A stretch of DNA of 64,000 nucleotides from Octopus sinensis. Lineage: Eukaryota. The stretch covers positions 47,554,001 through 47,618,000 of the forward strand of contig NC_043010.1 in assembly GCF_006345805.1 (NCBI RefSeq), read 5' to 3'. Below the pieces are notes generated by a model that had not been told where the DNA came from, searched no databases, and worked only from the letters and a program-made list of their open reading frames with translations. Each line of letters opens with the position of its first letter. Position 1 is the first letter of the stretch. The position numbers and the translations under genes are program-made. Of this stretch, positions 37,134 through 51,281 are shown piece by piece.

Positions 37134-37830
37134 GGTGGAATTCTGGTTTAAGCACCCCATGTAACCTTCTCATAACTTTTTTATTTTTGGAATTTTCAGA
37201 AAATTTTTGTACATTTGTGTTTTACACTTGGGAATTTATACAATTTTGTAATTTAAGTGTGATTTAACTGTTATTTTTAGCACATCTCACGACCATGAGG
37301 ATACCTATTTCTTTATTACCCACAAGGGGCTAAACATAGAGGGGAAAAACAAGGACAGACATAGGTATCGAGTCGATTATATCGACCCCAGTGCGGAACT
37401 GGTACTTAATTTATTGACCCCGAAAGGATGAGGATACCTTCCTCATCTCCATATCACCTTGATATGTATTGATGTTTTTCTATATTTTTCTCCCCATGAA
37501 CACATTTAATGGTCCATTGCTGGGATTTAAGCTAAAAATTCAGACTGCCCATATTTTAAACTCTGATTTAAAAACCAAAATTCAATAAACAGTGGAGATT
37601 TCAGGATTTATGGGGGCAAGGGTGAGTATAAAGAAAATTTTTGAAAAAGAGAAATTTTAGGATTTATTTGGGGTAGGGGTATAAAAAGGATTTTTTTTAA
37701 TTTTGTTTTTCAAAATCATATGAATTCCTGTGTGTAGAACACAAATTTGCATAAATTTCCTTAAAATTCCAAAAAGATAAAAAAGTTATGAGAGTTTATT
37801 TATATCGGATGCTTTAACCAGAATTCCGCC
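37134..37830. mobile_element. MITE with GG...CC TIRs and a 3-bp direct repeat (PIF/Harbinger-like)
   Basis: GGTGGAATTCTGGTTTAAGCACCC vs GGATGCTTTAACCAGAATTCCGCC, flanked by AAC on both sides. A CORE-SINE piece is nested at ~37305-37430. Confidence 0.7.
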
Positions 37831-39027
37831 AACTAAACTATTCTTTTCATGTGGATAATCTCTGTGTGTTATCTATTTACCGCTTACCTTTAAGGCCAGA
37901 AATTTCAAAGGAGGCGGGTAAGTTGATAACATCAACCCCAGCACTCAACTGGTATTTATTTTATTGACCACGTAAAGGAAGAAAGGCAAAGTCGACCTCG
38001 GCTGAATTTGAACTCAGAACTTAAAGACAGATAAGATACTACTAAGCATTTTGCCTAGCCTGCCAATGATTCTGGCAGCTCACCACCTTAGAGAATCAAA
38101 ACCCATACCTCTCAAATTCTGGTTTAGCTCACTGTACCATTAAGCTAAATGACCCATATTCTTTTACTTGTTTCAGTCATTTGACTGTGGCCTTGCTCGA
38201 GCACCACCTTTAGTCGAGCACATCGACCCCCAGGACTTATTCTTTGTAAGTCTAGTACTTATTCTACCGGTCTCTTTTGCCGAACCGCTAAGTTACAGGG
38301 ACGTAAACATGCCAGCATCAGTTGTCAAGCGATGTTGTGGGAACAAACACAAACATATACACACACACATACATATATACATACAACGGGCTTCTTTCAG
38401 TTTCCTTTTCTTTACTACCCACAAGGGGCTAAACACAGAGGGAACAAACGGATTAAGTCAATTATATCGACGCCAGTGCGTAACTGGTACTTCATTCATC
38501 GACCCCGAAAGGATGAAAGGCAAAGTCGACCTCGGTGGAATTTGAACTCAGAATGTCGTGGCAGACGAAATACCGCTAAGCATTTCACCCGGCATGCTAA
38601 CGATTCTTTTCTGTCTACCAAATCCACTCACAAAGCTTTGGTTGGCCCAAGGCTATAGTAGAAGACACTTATGCAAGGTGCCTCGCAGTGGGACTGAACC
38701 CGGAACCATATAGTTTGTAAGCAAGCTACTTACCGTACAGCCACTCCTATGCCATGTAAAGAAACAAAAAAAAAATTAAGAAGGAAAATGACAATGGAGG
38801 TGACAAGATATGAAGCCTTGGCTTTATTACTGTTTGTTATACTGTTGACCCATCAACCCTGTTGCTCATTTCATTTCATAACTCCGCCTTCCTTATAACA
38901 TATGTTTCTGTCCATATGAACATCAGGCCCTTTTTCTCTATGTTAGACATTAATATTGTCTAATTTGCATAATGCTTCCTAATTTGCATATTTTACCTAT
39001 TAACTCTGACAGCCTGTTGTGTTGTAG

Positions 39028-39123
39028 CGTGAGAAGTTAATCGGGAAGATTAAACAACTTTACAATATCTTACGCAATGGAGTTGGTGAAACCATACGGA
39101 AGATTCTGCATTCCTACATGCAG
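39028..39123 (+). CDS. Host gene exon (phase 0 to 0): REKLIGKIKQLYNILRNGVGETIRKILHSYMQ
   Basis: gtgttgtag acceptor, CAG|gtaagt donor, 96 nt with no stop, amphipathic helix pattern. Not in the ORF track. Confidence 0.8.
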
Positions 39124-39426
39124 GTAAGTGTATTTTAACCTTTGGGTGTTACTCTGTGTGCGTGTGGGTGTGTGGCTCATGCATGTGTGTATTTATGTGT
39201 GTGTATGTATATGTTTGTGGGTATGCATGTGTGTGTGTGGGGGGGCTTGTACATGTGTATATTTGTGCATGTATGTGTGTGTGTGTGTTTATGCTATGTG
39301 TATGCATGTGTGCAAGTCTTGTGTAAATCTAAATCTAATCCTTTTCTGAATCACAAGATCCACTTGGCATTGTGCTTATCTCTAGGTTTCATTAAATAGG
39401 TCAGAACAAATCTCCCACCGGAGTTA

Positions 39427-39923
39427 CCGTAAATCCTCGAGTATAATACGCAGGGGATTTTTAGGAGGCTGTACCTCTGAAAAACCTAAACCTTGTGTAT
39501 AATATGCACCCCTTCTCTAACTTGAGTCAAGGAGGTCTATATAACATCCTTGGTTTGTAAAAATGTATATGGTAACATCCTTTATTATTATTGTGTATAT
39601 AACATAATGCAAACATGTTGCTTTTTTGTGCATTTTGTTAGCAGAAAATAAAGAAATAACAGTAATAACATTTAATAAATGTTGCTTACTGCAAGTTATG
39701 GATGATTCTTTTATGACTTCATTGCTTTCAGGCTTAGCTTATGGTATTTTCGCACCTGACATCACAAAATGCATCTGAATAAACATAGCCAGACAGCAAA
39801 TAGAGACTCGGACATTGCTTAGAAAATAATCTTCATTTTTTAACCTCGTATATAGTATGCACTAGGGATTTTGACCTTTAAATTTTGGGGAAAAAAATGC
39901 AGATTATACTTGAGGATTTACGG
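39427..39923. mobile_element. pogo/Tigger-like MITE
   Basis: TIR CCGTAAATCCTCGAGTATAAT / ATTATACTTGAGGATTTACGG, TA TSD. Confidence 0.8.
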
Positions 39924-40739
39924 TATGTAACATATCTAGCCTCTCCAAGACAAGTAACTTATTACAATGCACTGTAATGACCTGGCTTTCACGGCTTACT
40001 GCAATGACCTCATGCCTGTCCCATGTTACCCACTGACAGCTAGATGTTCTGTGCTATTTGAAAATTAAGTTTTCTGGGCATAGACATAATGCAGTGCCAA
40101 TGGCCTCATATGAACTGCTGATCTCACAATTGGATACCAGTTAGTTACCTTATCCACTTAGCTATTCATGATCTTCTGTATTTGTAAGCCTTTGTGTGTA
40201 CATCTGTCTGTGTGTTTCTTCTTATTTAAAATGAAGTTGATAAGATAATAATTCTTTCTGCTTTAGGGCACAAGGGGCCTGAAATTGTGGTGGTGGTTTA
40301 GTCAATTGCACTGACCCCAGTGCTTGACTGGTTCTTATTTTATCCACTCTGAAAGGAGAAAAGACAAAGTTGACCTTGGTGAGATTTGAACTCTGAACGT
40401 AAAGCTAGAAAAAAATGCTGCGATGCATTTTGTCCAGTGTGCTAATGATTTTGCCAACTTGCCAACCTATTTGAAGTTGATAATAATAAGTGTATAAACT
40501 TGGAGGTTTCATACACAGAGAATATTTCTTTATTTTTTTTAATATTTCTTTATTTTTCATACACAGAGAAACTATGCCAACATTTTGAAAAATATGCAGA
40601 AGAAACTTTAATAATTGCTTTCTTTTAGTAAAAGTTACATATTGAGAATAAATTAAATAGTAGTTTTCTTTATTATAGTATAAATGTTGTCTACCATTTT
40701 AAACTAACAAATAGTTGGGTATGTTGAACCATTTTACAG

Positions 40740-40842
40740 ATTCATAAGAGATACAAGGACATAAAGGAACAATCTAGAAAAGTTTTAACAGATGGTCATG
40801 ATGTTGTTATTGAAATTATCCAAGTTTCAGAGCAAGTCTATG
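40740..40842 (+). CDS. Host gene exon (phase 0 to 1): IHKRYKDIKEQSRKVLTDGHDVVIEIIQVSEQVY(G)
   Basis: ccattttacag acceptor, ATG|gtaagt donor, 103 nt open. Phase joins both neighbours. Confidence 0.82.
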
Positions 40843-40988
40843 GTAAGTAACTTTGGACATTGTTATTTTTATTATTATTGTTGTTGTTATTGTTATTGTT
40901 GTTGTTGTTGTTGTTATTGTCGTTGGCGGCAGCGGCTTCATCATCATCATCATCATCACCACCACCACCGCCACCATCATCATCATCA

Positions 40989-41025
<37 letters not shown>

Positions 41026-41553
41026 GGCAGCTAGCTGGCAGGATTGTTACCACACTAGATACAATGCTTAGTGGTATTTCTTCTAGTTTATGTTCTGAGT
41101 TCAAATGTCATTGAGGTCTACTTTGCCTTTCATCCTTTTGAGGCTGATTAAAATAAATACCAGTTAAGCATTGGGGTCTATGTAATTGACCTTCCCTTAA
41201 AATTGCTGGCTGTAAGCCAAAATTTGAAACAATTATTATTTTTATTATTATTTTCGTGGCAGTGGTAGTGGTGGTTGTGGTGGTGGTAGTGGTGGTGGTG
41301 GAGGTAATGATGATTATGATGATGGCTTAGTTAGGAGTTGACATGATCTTTGCAGGTCCTCCCAGACTGGTTTGATCCCTATATGTGATATTTAGTTTGG
41401 ACATCTATAAGTTGACATCTGCAGAGAAAACATAGGCTGTAAGATAATTCCAAGCTGTTTTCTGGGGAGAAGAAGGATTGGGCCATAAAACATGAAGCCA
41501 AGAATTTAAGATATATATAAGAATATATCTTATATTCTAATATATATCTAATA

Positions 41554-41928
41554 TCTCTATATATATAAGCGGCAAAATGTCTGTGTCTGTGTTTGTGTGT
41601 GTCCTTTATACAAATCCACAATTTTTCAGTTAAAAGGCTCACACTTTCTATGGTCATTCAAAACCGTCCAAGGGTGGTCGTGCAAATCTTTACATTTTCC
41701 ACAGTCACTCCGCAAAGCCATTAAAAAATCAATAAAAGTGACTTTTTTGTGAATTTTCTATCCAAAACCCAATCAAAATGCCCGAAACTTAATATGCCAA
41801 TTGAATTCCAGCTAGCTGTATGTGATTGGTTGGAGATTTGGACAGTACTTGCGTGTATGTGCGCACGCATGCAGCTGTATATGCATGCACTAGCACTATG
41901 ACCCGGCAACGCCAGGTCATAGTGCTAC
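41554..41928 (+). mobile_element. Non-autonomous Helitron
   Basis: 5' TCTCTATATATATAA, 3' hairpin TAGCACTATGACC...GGTCATAGTGCTA ending CTAC, inserted between A and T. Confidence 0.75.
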
Positions 41929-42170
41929 TATCTTATAAGAATATAAGAATATATCTTATAAGAATATAAGAATATATAAGATATATAAAAGGGAATTCCA
42001 GAATAAAGTTATTCTGGAGAAGGTTTGGAAATGGATACAATTTGCACTCTTATTCTCTTGTGTTCCATCCACTCCAGTCTTATGATTCCTCTGCTGTCCT
42101 ACAATACTTTTCCTGTCTCCTATTTCAGTAACTTATAATACAATATCCTCTCTTTACCCTTCAATTACAG

Positions 42171-42366
42171 GAACGATATCCTCCATGAATGAGCTTACAC
42201 GTCGGCTGTATTCGCGTAAGGACAATAGAATTTTGCATCGACACCTGAGAGTTAGCCATCATTTTGCAGTCATCAAATCTAGGAACCGTCACACACATGC
42301 CTGGGAAACCTTAAAGGCACTTGATAAAATAAAAACCATCAAAAACAAAGTTGTCTTCCTCAGTCA
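42171..42366 (+). CDS. Host gene exon (phase 1 to 2): (G)TISSMNELTRRLYSRKDNR...KIKTIKNKVVFLS(Q)
   Basis: ctctttacccttcaattacag acceptor, CA|gtaagt donor, 196 nt in the frame of ORF 42185. Confidence 0.82.
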
Positions 42367-42876
42367 GTAAGTTCACTTGATTTATATTAACTCTTTAATT
42401 GTCTAATTAAATTTCCTGGTTATTCAAGTAATGATGGCTGTGTGGTAAAAAGTTTGCTTCACAACCATGTGGTGGTGGTGGTGGTGGTGGTGGTGGTGGT
42501 GGTGGTGGTGGTGTGGTGGTGGTGGTGGTCTGCTGGCAGCTTTATTTCCTTCTCGTATTAGTTGTTGGAGTCAATATGATCTACTAAGTCCTTGAAGGCA
42601 GAGACTACCACCACCACCACCACCACCACTTAAATTTATTTATAAATATATACATATACATACAAACGTACATACATGTATATGTGCTTACATATATACA
42701 TATATAGGCAAGCATAAAATTAATTTATATTTCAATATATACACATTTATATATAACTATATACATATACTCTTGTGTCTGGGGAGAGTCATTCTCTTTT
42801 AGAGACACAACAGAATATGCTTCAACACATAAACTCACATAAAGAATCTTGCAAATCAAATCCCAAAACGAAATTA

Positions 42877-42922
<46 letters not shown>

Positions 42923-43255
42923 ATGTATATATATGTGTGTGTGTATATATATATATATATATGTACATATATATATATATATATATATGTATATTATATA
43001 TATGCATACATACATGCAGACATACATACACGCGTGCACACACACACACATACACACTCACACACAATACACAATAACCTAATTAAACAATAAGGAATTC
43101 CTATGAATTAGAATTTGTTCTTTATCAAAATAAAGACACAAAAAAGAAGATAATTGCTGGTGCTTTAGCACTGTGGGAACAGAGCGGGATTGTGTGGGCA
43201 TGGCATTATTTCCTATTTCTTTCTTACGACTGAAAGGAATGCTGTTCCCTCATTA

Positions 43256-43290
<35 letters not shown>

Positions 43291-43329
43291 TGTATGTAGT
43301 ATGTATGTATGTATTATGTATGTATGTAT

Positions 43330-44290
43330 GTCATTCAGTTTTATTTCAAGATTTCTTGCCTATAGAGAAAGAGCCGGTTTCTAACCTAGATTCAAGGCTC
43401 CTTCATTGAAATTTCAACAACATCAACAGGGTATTTTTGTATGTGCAAATTTGTATGTTTTGTTTTATATATGTATTCTCATGCATCTCATGGATATAGT
43501 TGCATGTCTAGACATGCTCATATATATTTAAATGATAATCTTCTGGAAAGTTTTACAAATTTTTACAGTTCCAGTGATAGCTTAGATCTGTAGTCTTCAA
43601 ATCAGTTTTCTCCTTTTTAGTTTTGAGAAGCCTAATTTCTTAAAATTGCTATTTAGGCAGTGTGTTACATATCTCAGTGCCCCAATAATCACAGATATAA
43701 ACCTGAACTTGTAATCTGGATAGAGTAGCTATATATTTCTCACTAGTTCAGCAAAGGTATTTTCTTTTTCACTGATCTTTATAGCTTCATGTTAACATAC
43801 ACTGGGCAGCTAATTTCCACAACTGTACAGATTCTCTTCTCTATCCCAAATTACTATGTCAGGTTTATTATGTTAACATTTTATTGAGTTTTTCACTGGG
43901 ACATTCTTATTGTGAGTGGCTATGGTTTCTACCATACTGTGGGTTATTTATTTGGCCTTGGGATTATCCTGCCAAAAGATCTCATTATACTGTGTCCTAG
44001 TTACAACATCATGTCTCATTGGTAGATTATACCCTAATGACATTTTCGGACAACTGCTGATGATGTAGTTGGTATCTTTGGTGTTAACTCTACAATGTCT
44101 GCATGGGTTATCACATTTTGCTGCTTTTGTTGCATGTCTCTCCCTTTTGTGCATTAGGTATTTGGTTGGTATTTCTTCTTCCTGGATTGCAAATGCATAC
44201 CCTTCAAAGTAGGAGTTAGCAATACAGTTATTGGTCCATGATAGACAGCTTTGGTGATCAATGTTATTATCATCCAACTGTGTGTGTGTG
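43330..44290 (-). mobile_element. R4-type (RLE) non-LTR retrotransposon 3' part
   Basis: EGYAFAIQEEEIPTKYL...CRHC...IISSCPKMS...MRHD CCHC region, then an NKPD..W..CTVVEISCP RLE-like block and 3' UTR. A short related 3' UTR piece lies at ~47790-47890. Confidence 0.8.
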
Positions 44291-44328
44291 CATGTATGTT
44301 TATGCATGTATATTTGTTTATATATATT

Positions 44329-44375
<47 letters not shown>

Positions 44376-44484
44376 TTATTTATTTATATACATATTTATG
44401 TATATAGATAGATAAATAGATATGTATGTATGTGTCTATAATTACATGTATGTATGTATGTATATATGTATGTATGTATGTATG

Positions 44485-44785
44485 CATGCATGCATGCATG
44501 TATACAGAACTAAAGAAGACATTTCAGGTGTGGAAGCAAGATTTAGAATCAAAGGGCCTTAGAGTCATTGTTGCAAAAACCAAAGTCCTAGTAAGTACGA
44601 AGGCGAACAAATCACAAACCCCTTAAGGTAGATGACCCTGTGCAATCTGCCGAAAAAGGTGTAGGTAGAGACTCCTTAAGATATACCCAGTGTAAGCTAT
44701 GGACACATAAGAGGTGCAGCAACATCAAAGTAACGTTAACTGGGAGATAGTTTTTGTGTGTGGCAGATGCACTGGGGTAATAAAC
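44485..44785 (+). mobile_element. RTE-clade LINE internal fragment
   Basis: ELKKTFQVWKQDLESKGLRV..AKTKVLV...PCAICRKGVG...QCKLWTHKRCS...FVCGRC. Confidence 0.75.
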
Positions 44786-45206
44786 ATATATATACATATA
44801 TATATATATATAAAATAAGCCTATTTTCTTTATGTCATAGAATCAATATTCAACAGATTTTCATGAAAATCCAGTGGTTTGTTTACATTCCTGTAACATT
44901 GTGATTTGGCAAAAAAAACAAATAGAATAAGTACCAGGCTTTAAAAAACAGAAAAGAGTACTGAGGGTTGACTTATTCAACTAAGGCTATTGTAGATGAC
45001 ACTTTCCCAGGGTGCCATAAAATTGAACCTAATCCTAGAATTTTTAAGATGAACGGTTTAGGTTGGTTGGTCGACTGGCTGGTTGTATAAATGACAGTAG
45101 ACAGATTTTCATGTGAACACATGAGCACAATCTATCTGTACAACAATGCTATTCCTGTACCAGAGGAAAATGTTATTTTGTATTGTTTTATCTTATTTAA
45201 TTTTAG

Positions 45207-45381
45207 ATTCACACGTGTGTATGATTATACTGATTTTTATGAGAAGGTTTATCTTCTGAAGGAGCACACTTTCAACCAAAGAACTCGATTAATTGACCTT
45301 CTTGATATAAGCCGCCAAGTTAACTACACCTTGATGTATTACCCCCGCATGGCCATGCTGGAAAATACAAGAGACATCAGT
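45207..45381 (+). CDS. Host gene exon (phase 2 to 0): (Q)FTRVYDYTDFYEKVYLLKEHT...AMLENTRDIS
   Basis: ttatttaattttag acceptor, AGT|gtaagt donor, 175 nt in the frame of ORF 45091. Confidence 0.82.
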
Positions 45382-46339
45382 GTAAGTAAAGAGATTTTCT
45401 ATACTTCCTCTGTGGTACCATGGCCTCCTACTATCATCTTGGGTTAACCAATGACTTCTGAGTGAATTTGGTTGGCGGAAACACTCTACAAAACCCTTGT
45501 GTGTGTGTGTGTGTGCATGGGTGCATGTGTTTGCATGTGTGTGTGTGCATGTGTGTGCATGCATGTATGTGTGTGTGCATGTACATGCACGTGTGTGCAT
45601 GTGCATGGGTGCATGTACATGTGTGTGTGTTTTATGTGTGAGTGCATGTGAATGTATGCATGCATACATGTGTGTGTAAGTGCATGTGCATGTGTGCATG
45701 CATACATGTGTGTGCATGAGTGTGTGTGCATGAGTGTGTGTATGAGTGTGTGTGCATGTGTGTGCCTGCATACATTGTGTGTGTGTGTGTGTGTGTGTGC
45801 ATGTGTGTATGTGAATGTGCTTACAAATCTAGCTTCTTAACCATTTGCCCATGCTGCACCCATTCTTTCACTTCTACATATAGTTGCAAGCGTGGCTATG
45901 GAGTTAAGAATCTTACTTTGCAACCATCTGCTTTCAGGTTCAGTTCCACTATGCAGCACCTTGGGCAAGTATCTTCTGCTATAGTCACAAAGCCCTGTGC
46001 CAGCCAATGCCTTATGAGTGAATTTGGTGGGTAGAAACTGTGTGGAAGCTGGTTGTGTGTAGGTGTGTGTGTGTTGTGTTTGTATTTGTCCACCCCACCA
46101 CTTAAGAACTGTTGTTAGTTTGTTTATGTCTCCATGAATTAGCGATCTGGCATAAGAAACCGATAGAATAAGTACTAGGCTTAAAATTCTGTACTGGGTT
46201 TAATTTACTCTTCAAGGGAGTGCTCCAGCATGGCTACAGTCAGATGACTGAAATAAATAAAAGATAAAAGGCGAAAGATAAACTGAGTTATTGAAAGTTA
46301 AGTGTTGATTATATTATCATCATCATTATTATTATTATT

Positions 46340-46930
46340 AAGGTGGCAAGCTGGCAAAATCGTTAGCATGCCGGGTGAAATGCTTAGCGGTATTTTGTCT
46401 GCCGTTACGTTTCTGAGTTCAAATTCCGCCGAGGTCGACTTTACCTTTCATCCTTTCGGGGTCGATTAAATAAGTATCAGTTACGCACTGGGGTCGATAT
46501 AATCGACTTAATCCGTTTGTCTGTCCATGTTTGTCCTCTCTGTGTTTAGCCCCTTGTGGGTAATAAAGAAACAGGTATTTTGTCTGCCTTTACGTTCTGA
46601 GTTCAAATTCTGCCAAGGTCGACTTTGCCTTTCATCCTTTCAGGATTGATTAAATAAGTACCAGTTATGCACTGGGGTCGATATAATCGACTTAATCTGC
46701 TTGTCTGTCCTTGTTTGTCCTCTCTGTGTTTAGCCCCTTGTGGGTAGTAAAGAAATAGGTATTTTGTCTGCTGCTACATTCTGAGTTCAAATTCCACCAA
46801 GGTTGAACTTTGCCTTTAATCTTTTCGGGGTTGATAAAAAAAAATACCAGTTGAGTAATGGGGTCCATATAATCAACTTATCCCCTTGTGCAAAGCTACT
46901 GGTCTTGTACCAAAATGTGAAACCTATATT
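46340..46930 (+). mobile_element. CORE-type SINE family A, tandem trimer
   Basis: One headed unit, then headless units starting at ~46575 and ~46760. Confidence 0.85.
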
Positions 46931-47477
46931 ATTATAAAAATCTAAAAACTAAAACATTGGCATCTACAGATGGTGCTTCTTCTATATAGCTTTAGCCATG
47001 ATGACTCCAACAAAACTAAAGTAAATAACTGATAGTGATGGTGGTGGAAGCGGACGTGGTAGTAGTATCATGGAAATATTGGTTATCCCTTTGACATTTT
47101 AAGAGCACATAGCATATATAAAACAAAGCAAAAAAAAAAGACACTCAAAATTTACTCTCAATAATTTTATAACTGAACATTTAAATAAAAAAAATATAGG
47201 AAAACCAGCTTCTACTTTGATTTCAAACATTGTTATCAATCAGTTCAGTTCTATCTGTGATGTTGTCTGTAATGTTCTGGATTTTGGCTTCTAAGATTTA
47301 TTCTTGTTTACCAAATCTGTGAATTTTCAGACCCAGTGGATTTTATTATATTATGGAGAAGGTACATAAAAATCATACAACTGTTTCATAATAATTACTG
47401 TCTTGTGCAATATGCATTATATTTTTGACAATGAATTTTTGAAACCTAACATTAATTCTAACTACTGATCATTTCAG

Positions 47478-47573
47478 ATAATGAATAGGGACCTTATGGA
47501 TGAGCAGTACAGCGTAAAAAGCCGAATTCGCAGAATCAACAAAAACATCAATAATATTAGAGTGCTACACACT
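47478..47573 (+). CDS. Host gene exon (phase 0 to 0): IMNRDLMDEQYSVKSRIRRINKNINNIRVLHT
   Basis: gatcatttcag acceptor, ACT|gtaagt donor, 96 nt open. Confidence 0.8.
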
Positions 47574-49559
47574 GTAAGTGGTTTCTTATTGTTTTGTTTT
47601 AAATTTTATTATATTAATATTAAATAAAAATGCATTTATGCATGGCAAGTTCATGATGATCAATTAGTACTCAATTATAAACACCATCTGGGAATCAGTT
47701 TGGAGGAATAAGGACTAGGAAATCTTTTCCTTTGAAATCTGAAATATTATGCTCACTTAAAAGTTGTTCCGTATTCATCTATTTTCCCTCTCATTCTCAA
47801 TCATTCTTAAGAGAACACATACACAGTCCTTATGTAAGGAAGGAGCCGGTTTCTAACAAAGGTATACAACTTCATCAGTGGAATGTAGAAAACAAAAACA
47901 ATGTTACCTTTTGAACTTGAGAAAAGTTTTATGTATTTTTACTGTTCTACCTACAGATTGTATTTGTAACATGTAAATTAGCTGGTTGATTTTTTTTTCT
48001 CAAAACCTTAGCTTTTCTACATTGTTACTGAGGCATTTACTCACAAAACCAAGTACATGAATTATTATTGGTATAAAAATGAATTTATAGTCTGGGTGTA
48101 GATGCTGAAGGCTTCAAAGAAATATTCACATCAGCAGGGCAGCAGACTTCTATCACAGTGTGTGTGATACACTTGTTTGTCCCATTCAAGGATATCCTAT
48201 TTCTTTACTACCCACAAGGGGCTAAACACAGAAGGGACAAACAAGCACCGACAAATGGATTAAGTCGATTATATCGACCCCAGTGTGTAACTGGTACTTA
48301 TTTAATCGACCCCGAAAGGATGAAAGGCAAAGTCGACCTTGGCAGAATTTGAGCTCAGAATGTAGCGGCAGATGAAATACCGCTAAGCATTTCGCCCAGC
48401 ATCCAAACTGTTATGTTTGCACTTGGTAGAAGTTTTGATGGGAATATTTTACCACTATTCCTCATGTTGATGTTAATTTACATTTTGAATAACAAGGGTG
48501 TTCTCAATATTTATCCCAGGATAGTCTTTTTTCCAGATGGCATTGTATTTCGTTTTAGTGATAACACCATGTCACATTGGCGGGTAATACCTATTTCTTT
48601 ACTACCCACAAGGGGCTAAACACAGAGGGGACAAACAAGGACAGACAAACGGATTAAGTCAATTACATCGACCCCAGTGCGTAACTGATACTTAATTTAT
48701 CGACCCCAAAAGGATGAAAGGCAAAGTCGACCTCGGCGGAATTTGAACTCAGAACATAATGCCAGACAAAGTACAGCTATGCATTTCACCCGGCGTGCTA
48801 ACGATTCTCCCAGCTCACCACCCTATTGGGGGGTAATACCTTGATGACATTTTTGAAGGGCTGCTGACCACATGTTTAATGTCTTCCACAAATATGTGAA
48901 ATAATTGACATTTTCGGTTGCATCTTGCATTTCCAAAGACTTGACTGTCTAAAGAAATATTTTCTCTATATTTAAGAGCATTATAGGCTTACTGAATTTT
49001 AGATAAGTTTATATTTCTCTTAATAATTAATAGAACTTATCTGCTTAAGGGCTATGATTTACATTCCACTGATAACGATGTTTCTGATAGAGAAGTTAAA
49101 AAATGTGGAACATATTGGCATGTACATACATGTGTACACACACACACACACAAATACACACACACACACACATACACACACAAACAAACAAACAATTGCA
49201 CACACATATGCTGAAACACATACACACACACACACACACACATGGAAGTCAACTTGTAACAGAGTAAGACTACTTTGTAAAGAGATGATTGCTGTCTCTT
49301 TGAGCTTCCTTGTTGTAATGGCATTTTTGACCTTCCATCCATGACCTCTCAGATGACTATTCAGTCCCACTGCAGATCTACAAGGTGTTTGAAGTATAGC
49401 TGACAAAAAGTTGTAACTTCCACTGGATTGACCAGATCACTTTGTGAGATATAATCTCTGTGAAACCACCGTATGTCTCTTTAGTCCTAAAATTGATTTG
49501 CAAGCCCTTTCACCCACTGCACTCACACACAGGGCCTCATTCTATCAGAGCTGACCAAT

Positions 49560-49745
49560 CTATTTTCAGCTCAGCTGAAGTAGCATCTCTGGTGGCTAAA
49601 CAGACCTATACATGAGTGACAGTCTCTGTCACATAGAGCATATCTGTATACGGTCTTAGGTCTGTAGAGTTACTGTGCTCTTTTTGTCAAGCTTGCTTGT
49701 CTGCAGCTTTGCTCATTAACCTCTTCCCCATGACTCAAGGTGTTC
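49560..49745 (-). mobile_element. RTE LINE 3' end remnant
   Basis: LCDRDCHSCIGLFSHQRC Zn-finger-like terminus. Confidence 0.5.
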
Positions 49746-49761
49746 ATTTAGGGTGCTCCTC

Positions 49762-49828
<67 letters not shown>

Positions 49829-50239
49829 GCATACTAGACTTCCACATAGAGTCCATCTGCCAAATTCTACTCTCAGAGTGTTGGTCAACTCCAGTCTCTA
49901 GTAAGGAACATTTACCTAAGTTACATTGAAGTAGGACTCTCTCTGATTGTTAACTTCTTAAGCACTTGTCAATGCTTGGTTTATTTTTGTTTTCAAGACA
50001 TGTGATCCAATTTCAATTGATGTTATAGATTCTGATGGCTGGATGTTTTAATGTTTCTAGTGAATCTTTTTACGTGACACAGTATTTACTAGGTTCAGCT
50101 TATTTGTAGCTCATTAACCTACATTTGCAGGCGTTGATTCAGTTGTTTTTATGGTCGTTTAATATGATGAAAGTATATTATGAGAATCAGGTCATCAACA
50201 CGTATAACCTATAAAGAACAACAAATGTGTGTGTGTGTG

Positions 50240-51281
50240 TGTGTTGTGTGTGTGTGTGTATTTATGTTTACATACACGCACACACATATGTATAACATTT
50301 GTGTGTGTGTGTGTGTGGTGAGAAGTTTGCTTCCCAATCACATAGTTCAATCCTACTCTATGGAATCTTGGGAAAGTGTCTTCTGTTATAGTCCTGGGCT
50401 GACAAAGCCCTGTTAGCGAATCTAGTAGATGGAAATTGAAAGAAGCTTCTTGTAATATGTAATAATAATGAAATTATTGTATACAGTGCTCAGGTGCACC
50501 ACAACTTATCAAAAGTGCGTATAAAGCATATGCAGTAATGTACAAATGTCTGGAAAGTGAACAGTGTATGAGTCAGATACATGCTTGCTTGTGTATGGAG
50601 GGGAGAAAATCAGGTGTAGTGTTGGTGAATTTCAGGAAGCATGAAGGTTTTGAAGGATGCAGTGCTCCGACAACTAACAACTGATGTCAGCAGTTTGTTC
50701 CATGCTTCAGCAACTCTTAGCATGAAAAAATGTTCTGAAAGTCATGGGAGCTGTGCTGTGTGTGTGTGGTGTGTGTGTGTATTTATGTTTACATACACGC
50801 ACACACATATGTATAACATTTGTGTGTGTGTGTGTGTGGTGAGAAGTTTGCTTCCCAATCACATAGTTCAATCCTACTCTATGGAATCTTGGGAAAGTGT
50901 CTTCTGTTATAGTCCTGGGCTGACAAAGCCCTGTTAGCGAATCTAGTAGATGGAAATTGAAAGAAGCTTCTTGTAATATGTAATAATAATGAAATTATTG
51001 TATACAGTGCTCAGGTGCACCACAACTTATCAAAAGTGCGTATAAAGCATATGCAGTAATGTACAAATGTCTGGAAAGTGAACAGTGTATGAGTCAGATA
51101 CATGCTTGCTTGTGTATGGAGGGGAGAAAATCAGGTGTAGTGTTGGTGAATTTCAGGAAGCATGAAGGTTTTGAAGGATGCAGTGCTCCGACAACTAACA
51201 ACTGATGTCAGCAGTTTGTTCCATGCTTCAGCAACTCTTAGCATGAAAAAATGTTCTGAAAGTCATGGGAGCTGTGCTGTG
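50240..51281. repeat. Essentially identical 521-bp tandem duplication (SINE piece plus CR1 LINE 3' end)
   Basis: Anchors 50261/50782 and 50371/50892 give period 521. The minus-strand CR1 tail FFMLRVAEAWNKLLTSVVSC occurs at ~50452-50757 and ~50973-51278. Confidence 0.9.

Noticed and set aside
47825-47890. CTGATGA...GAAAC-CGGCTC on the minus strand in an R4-like 3' UTR piece
   Set aside because: No GUH triplet or stem I pairing, and the related copy at 43370-43420 lacks the CTGATGA core.
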